DNA of 64,000 nucleotides from assembly GCA_964016885.1 (NCBI GenBank), contig OZ024752.1, positions 15,314,001 through 15,378,000 of the forward strand, given 5' to 3'. The notes beneath the pieces were generated by a model. The model was given only the letters and a program-made list of their open reading frames with translations. It did not search any database and was not told the origin of the DNA. This document shows positions 38,136 to 52,499 of the stretch, piece by piece. Each line of letters begins with the position of its first letter. Position 1 is the first letter of the stretch. Position numbers and translations under genes: made by a program. The DNA comes from Eledone cirrhosa (taxonomy: Eukaryota).

Positions 38136-38799
38136 TAAAGGACCCAAAGTATTTTTCCCTCGCTCTCATCATTATGAAAACTTCACCCCTCTTTATAGTA
38201 ATATTCGTGGTTTCTGTTTCTAATTTAGGCAAAAGGACAGCTGCATAGACGAATTGAGCCTAGCTTAATTATATAATCCAAATCCTGCTTGGTTAGATTT
38301 AACTGACCCGGAGCAAGCCAGCTGTGTCTAGCAAATACATGAGACACCCAGGTTACGATATGGTGTGTAGGAGTTAGCACTATTGTCGCATCGTCACAAA
38401 CAAGTCTTGCTTATTGAGAGTATTTTTGAGGAGATTTACATATTTATTGCAAGGAGTTTACCGGAATCTGGGGCTGAACGAGGATTTGGATTTAGAGATA
38501 TTAAGAACATGAGTACCAATAAGGCTGGAGAATCTATCAGTCACCACCGCTTTACTAATACATTCAAATGTTGAGGGAAATCCTTCGTGGGTGTACTGAC
38601 AATGATACATGCTAATCGAAATATTCTACGCAATCCTAAATTTGAAGTAAGTGATATTTCACCTGATATATTGACGGGAGAATGGTTATTAACCTTAAGT
38701 AATAAGGTATGCGACTCTTTCTTAGAGTGGTAGGATGATAAATTACCATAGGTGACAAGCATTTCATATCTAGGTATAGCATGTTCACTAATATCTCCT

Positions 38800-39500
38800 G
38801 GTTACTTCGTTTCTTGTGTTAAAGATTTAAACAAATTCCGAATTGATACGATTGTGTAAAATGCTGGTCATATTTTGCAAATGCTGGATTGTTCCAACCC
38901 AAGATAAATGTAACGCTGTTGAGGCTTCTATTTCGTAGGTCCTACAGATCCCGTCCCCATTGAGTAACGTGTGCCTTCATCTGTTGTGATGTTTTCCTTT
39001 CTACGTCTCTATCTCGTTACATCAAACGATATCGGTGAAAACCAATTTGCGTAAATGCCAGTGTTTCTATATAGTGAAAGCTAATTGGGAAGACACTTCT
39101 AGAATTAAGTCTGCCAAATAACTCAGAATTTTCATAAGTGTTGCATTTTAGGCTACACATTTATTGGATGAGGCAGTCTCGAAGTTGCTGATGGAATAAG
39201 AGTTTTATAATGTATTGTAGGTGCGAATCATTCTGCATCCAAGTGACTCTGAAATAGAATATTGGTCGAGCGGCATATTTTTTTCAGATTGATGCACGTT
39301 TCAGTAGTATATTTTAAAACTGTACCCTGCCATTCTAAAATACATCTGCTTAAAGTGAGCCAAATATGTTTATAAGCTTATAGTTCGATGGTGATGAGTA
39401 GATGGATAAGTTGTGCTTAAACCTTTGAAATCCCCAGAGAATATAGCTAGGTTCTTTGCGTAGTTGGTGTCACTCTCATTTCTTCATTCGGAATCGACGT
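38800..39500 (-). pseudogene. Possible very old DIRS/Ngaro-like RNase H remnant
   Basis: Scattered minus-strand peptides (RVTW, RLNSR, NWFSP) in DIRS RNase H order; heavily frameshifted. Confidence 0.2.
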
Positions 39501-41391
39501 TGGCCTGGTCATCTGCTAAATTTTGAGTATTTGTAAAGATGAAAGCTAACTTTCGTGGAAATAATTTGAAAATGGCGTAACAATGTTTGATATATTTTTT
39601 GGTATTTACAATACTACTATATCAAAAACAAAAAAAAATATTATATTGACAAAAACAACAAAAAAACTAATATGTTAACAATGTAATACGAAAATAGAAT
39701 TATATATTTTATCGTGTACGGAAACAGAACTGTTTGGAAAATAGATTGGAACATCCAGTAACGGTTTTAAAAGCATTTGATCAGACATCTACGTGTTACG
39801 ATCACATCGGTGGTCAACAAAGTAGAATTTTATTAGACTAATGGTAAATTGTAAATGCAAATTTCCTCCATTGTGTTCCATCGAATGAAAGTAAATATTT
39901 ACAGGAAAATACAGATATAGTAAAATGGTTTCCATTTACTTTCCATGCGGCAAAAGCTGGAACAAAAAGGAATAGAATACTAAAAGTCATTTAGAAATAT
40001 TTACGATAGGTTCATGTAGCTTATTATTTAAACGTAAAAACGGTTTTGATGCAATGCTAAGAGAGAGATATAAATTACCAAATGTTTATTCAAACAAATA
40101 GGTCCACATTTATTTCATCATATATAACACGTTTGAAATAGCTAACGTGTATATACACAACATCTGTCCCAGTAAACTTACATTTACATTTAATGATGAG
40201 AATAAATAATTGTTCTTGTGTTCGCCATATTAGTAAAAGATTGACTATTAATCAGAAAAAAATGTCCGTTTACTTTTAAGCGAGGAATATCATACGAAAT
40301 TCTTGTCGAAAACTTTCACAGTTGTTACACAAACATTGGAAGAAATTTAACATCTAATAAAGAAAGTTAAAATATTGTGTGCGTATACAAACTGACAGTA
40401 TATGTTTATGAAAGATTTCTGCCATTAAGAGTTTCGTTGATTAAAAAAAAGTTAATGTTGTCACGTCATGGAATAGGTTACGTTTAGTTAGTCAAGGGAA
40501 CACAACAATGGAACTCTCTAGGATGCATGAATGATTGACACCTAACAGACAACGTTTAGACATGTTTCTTTAAGTCATCAGATGTAGTTATTAAAAGATG
40601 CTGTTTTGAGCTGTCCAGGAGCTTTAGAGATGATGCTAGAGCAGCTCTGTGAAATATAATCTCTCATATAAGGCATGAACTGGATAACCTCACGACGCAT
40701 AATAGATGGGGGGAAGGTTCTTAGAATAACCCCTATAATCGGTTGATTCCGGTCTAAAATTTATTTGAGGATAAAGCAGTCGGATATAGCACCGTAAAGG
40801 GATATGAATCCTGTCGAAACATACCAGAAACACACAATATTGACAATAAATTTCACATTGCTGCATGTAATTGTTTTGTAAATTACCATTATTGTCTTAT
40901 GATGATCTAAAGTAGCTCTGATAAGTCATACTTAGAGATAACATAACCTAGCAAGAGTGCTCAACATACGTCTAGACATACATTAATTTCCTCTTAATAA
41001 GGAAACGAGGTAAAAAATGAAGGAATTGTGACTCAGTTGTTGAATTAAATATTGTTTCTATTGAGGCAAAATGCCTAACCCATTTGTAATAGGCGTGCGG
41101 TACAAAATTCTTTAGATACAATGCGGAATTACGTTTGAAGTGACTAAATAGAAAAACGTTCCAGAAAATAGCAATACAATCTTCGGAATATGTTGCATAG
41201 TACTTAACTCTTAACATTTTTGTTCAACTTCAACTATTTTGTTTGCATTGAGCAATCTCATTAACCTGAGGTATTTTCGTTGTAATTCAATACTTTTCCA
41301 ACAACCTTTTCCAGATTTACGTATTTCTTATATTAAAGGCAAACAATGTGTTTCAGAAAAACGAATATTTCGCTAACAATTACATACATGT

Positions 41392-41540
41392 GTAGGCGTA
41401 AGCATGACCACATGGTTACGGCGTTAGTTCCACCATCACGGGCTTCCGTATTAAGTCCCGCTGAATGGCACCTTGAAGATTTTTTTTACTTTATCCGTGG
41501 TTTGACTAATGAATTGTGATTGACGGCAACAGTGGAAAGC
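41392..41540 (+). mobile_element. Second, diverged tRNA-derived SINE family
   Basis: tRNA-like head (..catggtta..aagtcccgctg..tggcaccttg) and tail gacggcaacagtggaaagc. Confidence 0.55.
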
Positions 41541-41557
41541 AGGGTATAAATATAGAT

Positions 41558-41617
<60 letters not shown>

Positions 41618-41714
41618 AGGGGATGTAACTTGGAGTTACTACAGTTTCACCTGGGAGAGCACTCGATGTTTAGGTTCACTTCTGTGATGAGGTGTAGAGC
41701 TATACAGAGTGTAA

Positions 41715-41916
41715 TATATTGAAAGGATAACAAGGACGATTGATTACTCAATAATTGGCAGCTTGACGGACCCTTTTAAAAGGGTCCGTCGAGCTGCCGA
41801 GTATTGAGTCGGGTAAGATAGATACAGATCGAACCATGAGCTGATCAGTGGCGAAACGCGCGCCACCTATCAATAAATGCAATGAAGGAGAAATCAATCG
41901 TCCTTGTTATCCTTTC

Positions 41917-41922
<6 letters not shown>
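41715..41922 (+). mobile_element. Fold-back pLTR-like remnant with degenerate hammerhead
   Basis: Terminal ~30-bp inverted repeat (41715-41744 / 41892-41921); inner hairpin 41745-41809; tggc-GAAA-cgcgcg-cc-acctatc then aataaa. Confidence 0.65.
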
Positions 41923-41994
<72 letters not shown>

Positions 41995-42028
41995 GGAGGT
42001 GAGTTTTATTGTAGTACAATAAAGCAAT

Positions 42029-43742
42029 TGCAACTGCCGCATTAAAAATAAATGTCCTCTCAACAACCATTGTCTTGATAAAAACTTAATTTATGAATGT
42101 GAAGTTATAACTAGCACCAATTCCTTCACCTATTTTGGCTCCACGTCCACCTCTTTTAAAGCTCGTCTCTATAATCACCATTCATCTTTTAAATACAAAC
42201 TTAAAAGAACCAACACGGCTCTCTCAGAACTCATATGGTCCTTGAAAGACAAAAACATTAAATATACCATCTTTTGGAAGAAGGTTTCTTCTGCATCCTC
42301 ATACTTGAACAGCTCTCTATCTAAAATCTGTAATCTCTGCCTAAATGAAAAATTTACCATTATCTCTAATCTAGATTCTATAATAAATAGACGTACAGAT
42401 TTGTTTTCTATCTGCCTGCATAAATTCCATAGGACTTTTCACAAAGTATACAGCTAATATTCAATTCTTTATCAATTTAGAATCTTTTCTCAAAGGCACA
42501 TATACATACACCTCTTTAAAATATACCCATCTTCCTACCTTACTTCAAAGGGCATTATACACTCTATAATACTTGTTTACTCATTACCCTCATTCTATCT
42601 TTACCTTGTAAAATCTTTCATAACATAAACATTTGTTTTTTTTGACGTTAGAATATTCATCCGCAATTATTATTATTTTTTCTCTCTATCATAAAACTTT
42701 TAATCTCAATTTCATCCTTAATTTATTATTTTTTTCTCCCCATCAACGAACTGATTCTTAATACATATTAACTCTTTCTTCGCACATATTATCAACTCCT
42801 TCAATATACAAACCTTAACTTCACATTATTTTTCTCAAATCATCTAATACACAAACCTTAATAATTTTTTAATACATATTAACTCTTTCTTCGCACATAT
42901 TATCAATTCCTTCAATATACAAACTTTAACTTCACATTATTTTTCTCAAATCCTTCTACACACAAACCTTAATAATTTTTTCTCTTCGTTAATTTTGAAA
43001 TTGCCACAATACTTATAAACATACACCTTTTTGACGTTAGAATATTCATCCGCAATTATTTTTTTTCTCTCTATCTTCATACATAAACTCCCTCTCTTTC
43101 CTCTTACATATTTTTCCCTTCGTTAATTTTCAAATTCTTTTAATTTATACATTATCTTCCAACGGTTCTCAACCTCTTATGTAAAACAATATATCTTTTC
43201 TCAGTTATAAAAACTATCTCTTTCTCTCTATCACCCATCTCTCCCTCTCCACCTTCACTCTCATCTCCTCCCCTTTTTTCATCCTTTCCACCCCCCTCCC
43301 TAAATAAAATATTTTTTCCTCGTACATATTTTTCCCTTCGTTAATTTTCAAATTCTTTTAATTTATACATTATCTTCCAACGGTTTTCAACATCCCTATG
43401 TAAAACAATATATCTTCTCTCAGTTATAAAAACTATCTCTTTCTCTTTATCACCCATCTCTCCCTCTCCACCTTCACTCTCATCTCCTCCCCTTTTTCAT
43501 CCTTTCCACCCCACCCACCCCTTCTCTAAATAAAATACTTTTCCCAATATCACACATCAATCTAAAACCACTTTTCATATGTTGATTTAAAACTGCACTA
43601 TCCACAAGTGTTTTTTAGCCTTCATATCATGTTCTCCTGTTTTATCTGATGAAAACACAAATATTATTGCATGATGATGTTTGTTTTTGAAATGCGCATA
43701 ATAAAATACATGGAACTCCTTTAACCATCTTTTGATCTCATA
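42029..43742 (+). mobile_element. 5'-truncated PLE: uninterrupted GIY-YIG reading frame (42029-42457), long pyrimidine-rich 3' region, hammerhead
   Basis: CNCRIKNKCPLNNHCLDKNLIYECEV..YFGSTSTSFKARLYNHHSSF..TALSELIWSLKD..CNLCLNEKFTII..INRRTDLFSICLHK; internal direct repeats ~42770/42872 and ~43105/43323. Confidence 0.88.
43638..43708 (+). ncRNA. Minimal type I hammerhead ribozyme
   Basis: tgttttat-CTGATGA-aaacacaaatattatt..gatgatgtttgttttt-GAAA-tgcgca-TA-ataaaata; palindromic TGCGCA. Confidence 0.88.
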
Positions 43743-44214
43743 TTATATATATATATATATAGTTAGGGAAGCAGACAATTGCTTATTGTGATCCACTATG
43801 ATCAATTTAATTCTATTTAACTCACTACAATCACCGACATAAAGTCTACATATCAAAATTAATCAAAGAACCCTTCCACCTCTACCCCTCCCTCCATCTC
43901 AGTTTGTCATTCTACTTCCTAACTCTTCTCCCCCTTCCTCTCTCCCTATACTATTCCGTTTGTCCCCTCACTTTCTAATTCATCTTGCTCTCTCTCTATA
44001 CTAGTAAATACAATTCCAAAAAAATGTTTTTCTCTATATATTAAGAACTATTTCAAGAGTAACTTACTATTTTAAACATTTGGACGTGAACAACAATTAT
44101 CATTGCAGTATAGCAATATAATGTTGCACTTAGCAATGAAACGGTCGTAAATACCTGGATAAAATCCTTCTCTTAATGCTTACCTGTGTTTTCTCTGTTA
44201 TACTATATATATGG

Positions 44215-44270
<56 letters not shown>

Positions 44271-44340
44271 ACCTTCAGCAAATGCGAAGAAACCTGGTGA
44301 GAGAACCAAAGTCGACACTCGATGTAACGCAGAGTGTATA

Positions 44341-44520
44341 TAATTGTTTCTACTTTAGGCACAAGGCCAGCAATTAACCAGTGCATTACTGGTACTTTAT
44401 TTTATCGACCCCGTAAGGATGAAAGGCAAAGTCAACCTCGACGGGATTTGAACTCAGATCGTAAAGGGACGTAACTATGCTGGAAAGCATGGCGTCCGAC
44501 CCTCTACCGATACTGCTAAT
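44341..44520 (-). mobile_element. tRNA-derived SINE
   Basis: Full family match. Confidence 0.88.
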
Positions 44521-44846
44521 CAAGAACAAAGTGGAGATGTTACATAGGAGATTCATTGCTCCCCGGGGGCTGGGCAGCGAGGTTTGTCGGGTCTGTATCT
44601 GTGAGAGTGTGGAGATTATCAAGCTACGCGGGCGATGAAATCTAGGTTCGAGTTTCTGAGTAATTGTATGCATCGAAAAATCCATCTGTTCGCCCATCGT
44701 GTAGGTGTACGCACCGCAAGGGACCGATTTCTTACTTAGGCGGCTACCGACCCCCTGTTATGTCACGGTAGCCCCATTTCTCCTCCCAGAGCAACAACAC
44801 CCTTTTTCTTGTATTTTCTTGTGAGTGTATGCTTGAGGTGTGTGAA

Positions 44847-44939
<93 letters not shown>

Positions 44940-45360
44940 TTGTATATATGTGCGTGTTTGTGGGGTTGTGAGTATGTACATGTATGTATATGTACAATTT
45001 CTACGTGTGAGAGTGTGTATGTGTATGTGTGTGATCATGTATACGTGGGTATATTTATTTATTTGTATCCATTAATTTTGTTTTTGTTTTTGTTTATAAC
45101 GGTTTATTCTTGTAATGCTCGGGATAAGTGCGTCGCTTGAATTCTAGGCCAGTGTTTGGTCATTCTATTGGCTTGTTTCTGTTTTTGATGGTTCGTCTTC
45201 AGATTTGATGTGATTTGTGTTGTGTTAACACAGGTCTGAGGATCAGACAGACTTGGAGTCTAGTCTGGTCTGCCATGCCAGATCAGGAGCCAGCTGTCTG
45301 AGAAACATTTGTAACCAGGATTGAGCAATAAATATCATGTTATTTCATTACATATAAACT
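44521..45360 (+). mobile_element. PLE 3' fragment (GIY-YIG C-terminus, 3' region, hammerhead)
   Basis: CRVCICESVEIIK..SRFEFLSNCMHRK parallels CNLCLNEK..R.DLFSICLHK at ~42330-42425. Confidence 0.6.
45231..45319 (+). ncRNA. Type I hammerhead with branched stem II
   Basis: ggt-CTGAGGA-tcagacag...ctgtctga-GAAA-catttg-TA-acc; perfect 8-bp stem II base; aataaa follows. Confidence 0.75.
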
Positions 45361-45535
45361 GCGAAAGGTACGGGGGAAACATTATGATCAAACAGTTTAT
45401 GCGTCAGAACGGTTTATGTCCTATGATCGCAGTTTATGTCTATTGCTCTGCTGGTAACAAACACCCTGTAATGAAAAACTATTTTCTTTTCATGTATTCT
45501 CTCCCCTCATTCTCTCTCTATATATATATGTCTAT

Positions 45536-45602
<67 letters not shown>

Positions 45603-46078
45603 GGAGAGAATATAAAGGGAGATGGTATCACTTATTCATCAATTTATTTCATTATATCATACACATTATGGACATTACAAATGCATCAAAATGTTTGGTC
45701 GTTAGACAGGTGTTTCAATGGTAAATAAAGTTTTCTTTTATGCCTGCCGTCGAAGAGATGTTCAAATAAACATTGTGTTGTTTCGAAGGCTCTCTTTCAC
45801 CATTCCACTCTGAATTTATATAATTCCATTAACATTAAAACTGAACAAAATACGGTTTTGTTATAACACGAAGGCTAGGAAGATCACCTATCTCTTTTAT
45901 ATAGACGTTCTGAAAATCTGTGGGAGAAATGATTGAGAATTCAAGATTTATTGAGATTTTCAAAAATTGTTAAGGGATTAACAAACGATATAATTATAGA
46001 TTCTTGCCTGAATATGTGAGTGAAAGCTAGATTTGTATGAATATGTGTGAAATCAATATTTAAAAGGGGTAATTTAAT

Positions 46079-46252
46079 ATAATTGTTTCTACTTTAGGCA
46101 CAAGGCATTACTGGTACTTTATTTTATCGACCCCGTAAGGATGAAAGGCAAAGACAACCTCGGCGGGATTTGAAATCAGATCGTAAAGGGACGTAACTAT
46201 GCTGGAAAGCATGGCGTCCGACCCTCTACCGATACTGCTAATCCACCGCCCT
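46079..46252 (-). mobile_element. tRNA-derived SINE with target-site duplication
   Basis: Flanked by aggggtaatttaatataat at ~46065-46083 and ~46256-46274. Confidence 0.9.
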
Positions 46253-46289
46253 TATAGGGGTAATTTAATATAATGCAATTCAGCAATAC

Positions 46290-46510
46290 TTGACACGATC
46301 AGAGTGATTAAAGTAATCCTAGAAGAGGAGGGAGTATACCTAGGTTTTAATGGAGATAGCACATACCATGGTAAAACGAAGTAAATCAAGCCAGAATACA
46401 ACAGAAAAATAAGAGCCATTCTAAAGACCAAACTGAGAGCAAAAAGTGTAATAAGTGCCATAGATACCTCAGTACTCACATTTGTAACTTATAGCTTCAT
46501 TATCATCAAG
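46290..46510 (+). mobile_element. R4/Dong-type LINE RT thumb fragment
   Basis: YLG..IKPEYNRKIRAILKTKLRAKSVISAIDTSV..VTYSF. Confidence 0.6.
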
Positions 46511-46644
46511 GTAGCACTTGGAAATCACCGACCTGACCTTTATTCAACATTAATAGATGTGTATATGGAAAAATAAACGATACATTTATGCATAGTTCTA
46601 TAGTTTTCTTTTCGTCTTTGCCCTCGTTTTCTTCTTTGTTTTCT

Positions 46645-47100
46645 TCTTCTTCTTCAATGTCTTATTCTTGGAAAGGTTCTGAAAAGCAGCTCATACTGTT
46701 AGAGTTTACTGTCTCTAACTGATCTGGCTACATACCCAAGCGAGACCAGCGAGTTCATGGATTTTATTTAATCATCTTGCTCGGGGTCTGCTCCTAGGTT
46801 TCCTGCCAGTTGATTTTGACCGTAAAATCTCTCCAAAGATTCTTTCTTGAGACATTCTAACCATATGGTTGTAATATAGGAGCTGTGATCTCTCATTTCG
46901 GAAAAGTCGCGACTTTACCTGGGGCGACTCGCTGATCTCCGAGCTACACACTCTATCGAGTAGTGTCACTCCACAGACCCTTCGGAGGAACCCCATTTCG
47001 GCCGCTTGTATTCGCGATCGTATTATTTCGGTCATTATCCAAGATTTACCCTAGATAACGGCTGGCACAAATACCGAATTGAAGATAGCGTTCGTTTTGC
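46645..47100 (-). mobile_element. RTE (Expander/Rex3-like) 3' fragment
   Basis: RSRIQAAEMGFLRRVCGVTLLDRV..ERSQL..GRKPRSRPRAR; (GAA)n tail. Confidence 0.85.
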
Positions 47101-47305
47101 AAGTCGTTATGCATAATTACAATATGTAAACCTCGCTATGAATGTTGTGAGCTGTGATGATGTCACTTCTATCTCAGTAGCATTGTGAGAACGGAAGTTA
47201 GGAGAGTTTCGAAATTGATGTTTCCTCACTCAGTATTCAATCAAAATAAGCCATACATTACATACGTTTGGCGTTTAAACACTCATGGAGGGTACTTAAT
47301 TGCAT

Positions 47306-47482
47306 ATAATTGTTTATACTTTTGGCACAAGGCCAGCAATTAGCCCAATACATTACTGGTGCTTTATTTCATCGACCCCGTAAGGATGAAAGGCAAACAT
47401 AACCTCGGTCGTTTTTTAACCGAAACCGTAAGGGGATTTAACTCTATGCCGCAAAGCATGACGTCTGACCCCCTACCGATAC
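47306..47482 (-). mobile_element. tRNA-derived SINE
   Basis: Family match. Confidence 0.8.
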
Positions 47483-47773
47483 GACCAAAGCGAGATTGAC
47501 TTGCTTCCATCTAACCAAATTACGCTTTCAACTCGATATAATAGAAGTCATCTCGACTATAACAGTGATTAAATGTGATGCTGCTCAAATGTTGTATCCT
47601 TTTGTTGAAAATAAGATTTCCAATATTTCAAACCATTCTCGATTTCGTAATATTCACGTAAGCTTTTGTTTAGAAAAGTGAAATAAAGAAAATAAAATGT
47701 GTCCTTTAAAAATGTATTTGTTTATCGTCAGATGAATGAATTAGGAACACATTTTATTATTTTCTTTTTCATA

Positions 47774-47982
47774 AGGGCGGTGGATTGGCAGTATCGGACG
47801 CGATGCTTTACAGCATAGAGTTACGGCCCTTTATGGTATGAGTTCAACTCTCACCGAGTTTAACTTTGTCTTTCATCCTTATGGGATCGATAAAATAAAG
47901 TACCAGTCACGCACTGGGTCGATTTAATTGACTTTCTCCTCCTCCAAAATTGCTGGCTTTGTGGCTATATAAGAAACCATTA
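47774..47982 (+). mobile_element. tRNA-derived SINE
   Basis: Family match. Confidence 0.82.
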
Positions 47983-47996
47983 TTTTTTAATGCATA

Positions 47997-48188
47997 AGGT
48001 GGTGGATTGGCAGTATCGGTAGAGGGTCGGACGCCATGCTTTGACGCATAGAGTTACGGCCCTTGCCATTCTGAGTTCAAATCTCGCCGAGGTTAACTTT
48101 GCCTTTCATCCTTACGGGGTCGATAAAATAAAGTACCAGTAATGCACTGAGTAATTGCTGGCCTTGTGCCTAATGTAGAAATAATTAT
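47997..48188 (+). mobile_element. tRNA-derived SINE (near consensus)
   Basis: ggtggtggattggcagtatcggtagagggtcggacg..gagttcaaatc..core..gtagaaataatt. Confidence 0.9.
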
Positions 48189-49369
48189 TTTGTAATGCAT
48201 CTTTTTATATTAGCGTTATCTTTCAATTTAAAAGTGGCCAATGGAAATATCTAATGGTCAGATGTTTAAACACGCACCTGTGATTTATAAAATATTTTTA
48301 GTAATATTTTAATATCGGATTATGAAAATATTCAAATGTTTTTCAATACATCGATCTTGCAGGTCATTCATATTTAATGCACTAACTTTTCAAGAATTCA
48401 TGGCTTACATTTAATTATTAAGAAATACAAGACGGCAGCTGCGCATGTTCGATATTCCGTCCTCGTGGTAATATTATATTAAAACTTCAAATTTTTATTT
48501 ATCGGAAAAATTTGTTTTTCGAAGACATTAAAAAAAACTTCCAACCATTTCTAATGCTTGCGCATATTTTTTCTCTGTAGGGAAAATTGGCTAAATTACC
48601 TCCCCTTAGTAAAAGCGTTTGCTTTTTTTGCCTTCCTTGTCTTCAATTTTAATATGTAGAGTAATTGTAAATTTTATTTCATTGAAGTTTGAAACCACAA
48701 AAGAATATTGCAATATCTAATTCTCTGCTCACATTTACTAACCACTTGTAACATTCTCTACAAGATCACGACATACGTCTTGTTCTTCTCTATGTAATAT
48801 CAGACCTTTTCTCACTCCAAACTCTCTTTCCCCTTCCCTCTTTGTCCCCATAATTTCATACCAACATCAAATTACTCACTACTTCTCTCCTCTTACATCT
48901 GTCTTTACTAACACCTTGTTTCTTTGCCAACTTCCTGTAAAACATTCAAACATCTGTTCTATACGATATAGCTATTTAAATTACATCCATTCTTTAACTT
49001 GGTATCATTCCTATAATTTTTTTTTTCTTATTTTCTCTTTTCACATTGAAACGTTAGATCCCTTTGCTTTCTATTCAACTGAAATATTTCCGCTGTACAC
49101 ACATTTTACAGATTTTGGCAGCCATATGCATTGGGTTTTCCCATTTTGTTTACTGTTTTAATCCCTTCTATTTAAATTGCTTACTACTGCATCTTTAGTC
49201 GACTTTACACACGCACGCATATATACATACATAGTAGCTAGGTGTTTGACGTTGAGATACCGTGTCAGCGACGATCCTGAGTCAATCATTGGCTAAATGC
49301 GCGTCGCATATGAATAAAATATGTACAAGATACAAAATTGATACTTCGTTCACAACTATTATTATTGCT

Positions 49370-50710
49370 AGGGGTCTGGTTCGGTATGGACCTCCAGACG
49401 GACAAAAACTGGGACGAGGTGACGAGCAGAGTGGCCTCTATCACCCAGAAATGGGCCGAGAAGAAGCTATCCCTGAAAGGTCAATAGAAGGTGGCGAACG
49501 CGTACATCGCATCCGTCATCTACTACCGCCTGACCGTTGTGCCTTGTCCTAAGCTTCGCCTGACTGCGCTGGAACGTTTGCTCTTTCGCTTTCTGTGGAA
49601 GGGACGTGCTCCGATGGTCAGGCGGTTCATTTGCTGTGAACACCCGCTACGCGGAGGGCTGGGCATGCCGTAGCTGATGATGCGCTGACATGCGCGCCGG
49701 CTACGGCATCTCGACCTCTTCCTTGATGGTGATCAGGTGCGGTCGCCCTTTCCCCATCTCGTCTCCTTGATGGAGCTGCAGTCCTGGGTCAAGCGATGAC
49801 CGAGAGGGAGCGCTTGGAGACTGAAATGTCTTCAGGCGCTTTCAGCCCTCGACCAGTCGGGCAATACGATCGGTGGAAACTCCACTTTGGCATTCTATAG
49901 AGGGTTAGTGGAGGGAAAGAGCGACGACGTCATTGGGGAGACGAAAACCAACTAGCGGGTTGGGCCTCACGTACAACTTCCAGAAATCCCTGGCCTAGCA
50001 GTGCTACCAAGGAGCCTTGCTAATTCAGGATAAACTCTACAGGAATGGAAATGCCGTCAGCCGAGGATGTCCGAGATGCGCGTTGGGCGATGAAACCGTC
50101 CTGCACCCACTCGTCCAGTGTCCGAGCATTGCTGACTTGTGGGTTTATGTCAAACACATACTGTCGCGTATAGAACGGATCCGACTATCAGCTGAGTCCA
50201 TCGTGAGAATTGGCCCGCCGACTTCTTTTAGCCGGGAAGGGCAGACAGTGTTTATTTACCTGGTGGCTATGGTAAAAGAGAACGTATGGTGGACACGTCT
50301 GAAAGGGTTGCAGATGGGTACTTTGCTCTTCATTAACTGACGCCCTCATTAACTTTTTCAGGTTTAACCTGAAAAGGAAAATCAGGGTGGAGAGGGAAAT
50401 GCTGCCTTCCAGCCCGTTTGTTGAATGGTGGGTGAGAGAGGCAGGAATGGCCCGTGTGAATGGGCCTACCCTGAGCGTGTGCCTGTAGCATAGTTGGAGA
50501 AAAAATGGAAGCGTGCCCTTGCCCTAGCGGTCAGGGTAACCGTGGCTTTTTCTTGGGGATTTCTCCACGAGTGACCCTCGGAAGACTCCCCCCTATTGGG
50601 GAATTTTTCATTGTTTTCTTTTTTTGTTACACACAGAAATGCCCATTTGTACCGTCCTGTATTGTCCTTAATGTTATACTTTGTGTCAACCCTTGTGGTC
50701 AATAAAGAAA
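49370..50710 (+). mobile_element. Second Tx1/L1-clade LINE 3' fragment
   Basis: ANAYIASVIYYRLTVVPCP..GGLGMP; CPRC..ETVLH..CP; ends aataaagaaa; homologous to 23430-24842. Confidence 0.88.
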
Positions 50711-50715
50711 GCATT

Positions 50716-50885
50716 ATGGCAGTATCGGTAGAGGGTCGGACGCCATGCTTTGACGGCCCTTGCCACTCTGAGTTCAAATCCCGCCGAGGTTAACTTTGCC
50801 TTTTATCCTTACGGGGTCGATAAAATAAAATACCAGTAATACACTGGGGTAGTAGTTGGTGTTGTGCTAAAAGTAGAAACAATTA
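50716..50885 (+). mobile_element. tRNA-derived SINE
   Basis: Family match, (ATT)n tail. Confidence 0.85.
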
Positions 50886-51495
50886 TTATTATTATTACTA
50901 TTATTATTATTATTGTGCCAAAAGTAGAAACAATTATTATTATTATTAAATATTATCATATACACGTATGTGTGTGTGTGTGTGTATCTGTGTGTGTATG
51001 CATTTGTGTGTTAATAATTGCTTGCAGAAGGGATGAAGAATGGGCTAATTCGTAGAATCTATATTTGAGACACCGTTCTTTGGAATGAATCATTCCTTGG
51101 GGTTTTCAAAATTGTTTTGTCGGATTGTGATTGTTCGGCTGTATCTCATGCCATTATGAATACGTGTATATCGTCTACTTTCCAGATACTGTTCTATCTT
51201 GTAGACAATCTAATCCGTTATTTAATAATTCTGTTGCTATTCCTCGGTGTACGGAACTTAAACATATTAAGGATTTGTGTTTCACTTCCTCTCTATCTGT
51301 GAGGATATTTATTTATATAATTATACGAGAATTATAAATGAAAGAGAGAAAGGAGGAGGGAGGTATGTCTGAAAAGGAACCGGGGTGAGGGGAGGGAATT
51401 AAAGAGACGCACATAGGAAGATAGAGGGAAGTAAATTGGAATTATCTTAGATGAGTAGAAGAAGAAAGGAAACTTGAGTAGGAAGCATAAAGGCT

Positions 51496-51574
<79 letters not shown>

Positions 51575-52499
51575 TGGTGAGATTAAAGACAATTTTTATT
51601 ATATGCTTCTTACATCCCTATTAATGAGATGAAGTGATTGAGAGAAAAAGACGGTAAAGAAGGTATGTAAAGAGAGATATATATAAAGCATATTTATATT
51701 CATATGGAAAGAGTAAAGGTGTGCTGAGAGATAGAAAGAGAGACAAAGTAAAGAGCAAAACGAAAAAGGAAGATAATGAAGAAAATGTCTTATACAAGAG
51801 AGAGAGAGAGAGAGAAAGAGGTGGTGGGTGTACAGAGAAAATAACAACCGAAATCTAGAAAATGTAAAAAGAAATTACAAACAATAATGTAGTTATAAGC
51901 AGAAAATGAGACAGAACGAAAAGCGGTAATCGGAGAATAAAGAGAGAATAAGACAAACATTAAAGTTAAATGTACAAAGGCAGTGAGAAGCTATGACAAC
52001 ACAGGTAGATAACCGTATATACATATACACAGGTATTAGTTTTCTTGACGTTGATAGATCTACTATTCCACACACTCCGTCACAGACCAATATCACACAC
52101 ACACAAACACATATATATACACACACGCACTCGCGTGATATAAATTCCTATATTTAATGAAGAAAAGCATGACAACAAATGTCTCCCTGAACTCCTGTAT
52201 ATATATTCAGTTGGAATAAAATATTCTTTAACATTTTTTTTTTATGAGAATGAAGTACTATTTCTTTCTTAATTGCCAGGTGGTGCTATTAAGTTAGACA
52301 AGGCCTCGGCCAATGCTGGTCAAAACCTATCAAAGTTAATGTTTTCTCTGGTAGTACATTTTCTGTATAGCGCTTAAGAGTTAGCTGTTCGAAATCACTA
52401 CATTTTAAACGTAATGGTTTCATTTAAAACTGGAAGAGATGTTTAAGTCTAAGAACGAATTGTATATTTTACTCAATGTATTAACTGGTGCAAATACGT

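Noticed and set aside
40450-40830. Tc1/mariner transposase remnant
   Set aside because: Only faint resemblance to DDE motifs; no TIRs identified.
47997-48080. tRNA genes
   Set aside because: These are tRNA-like heads of SINEs that continue into the SINE core and lack a full cloverleaf.
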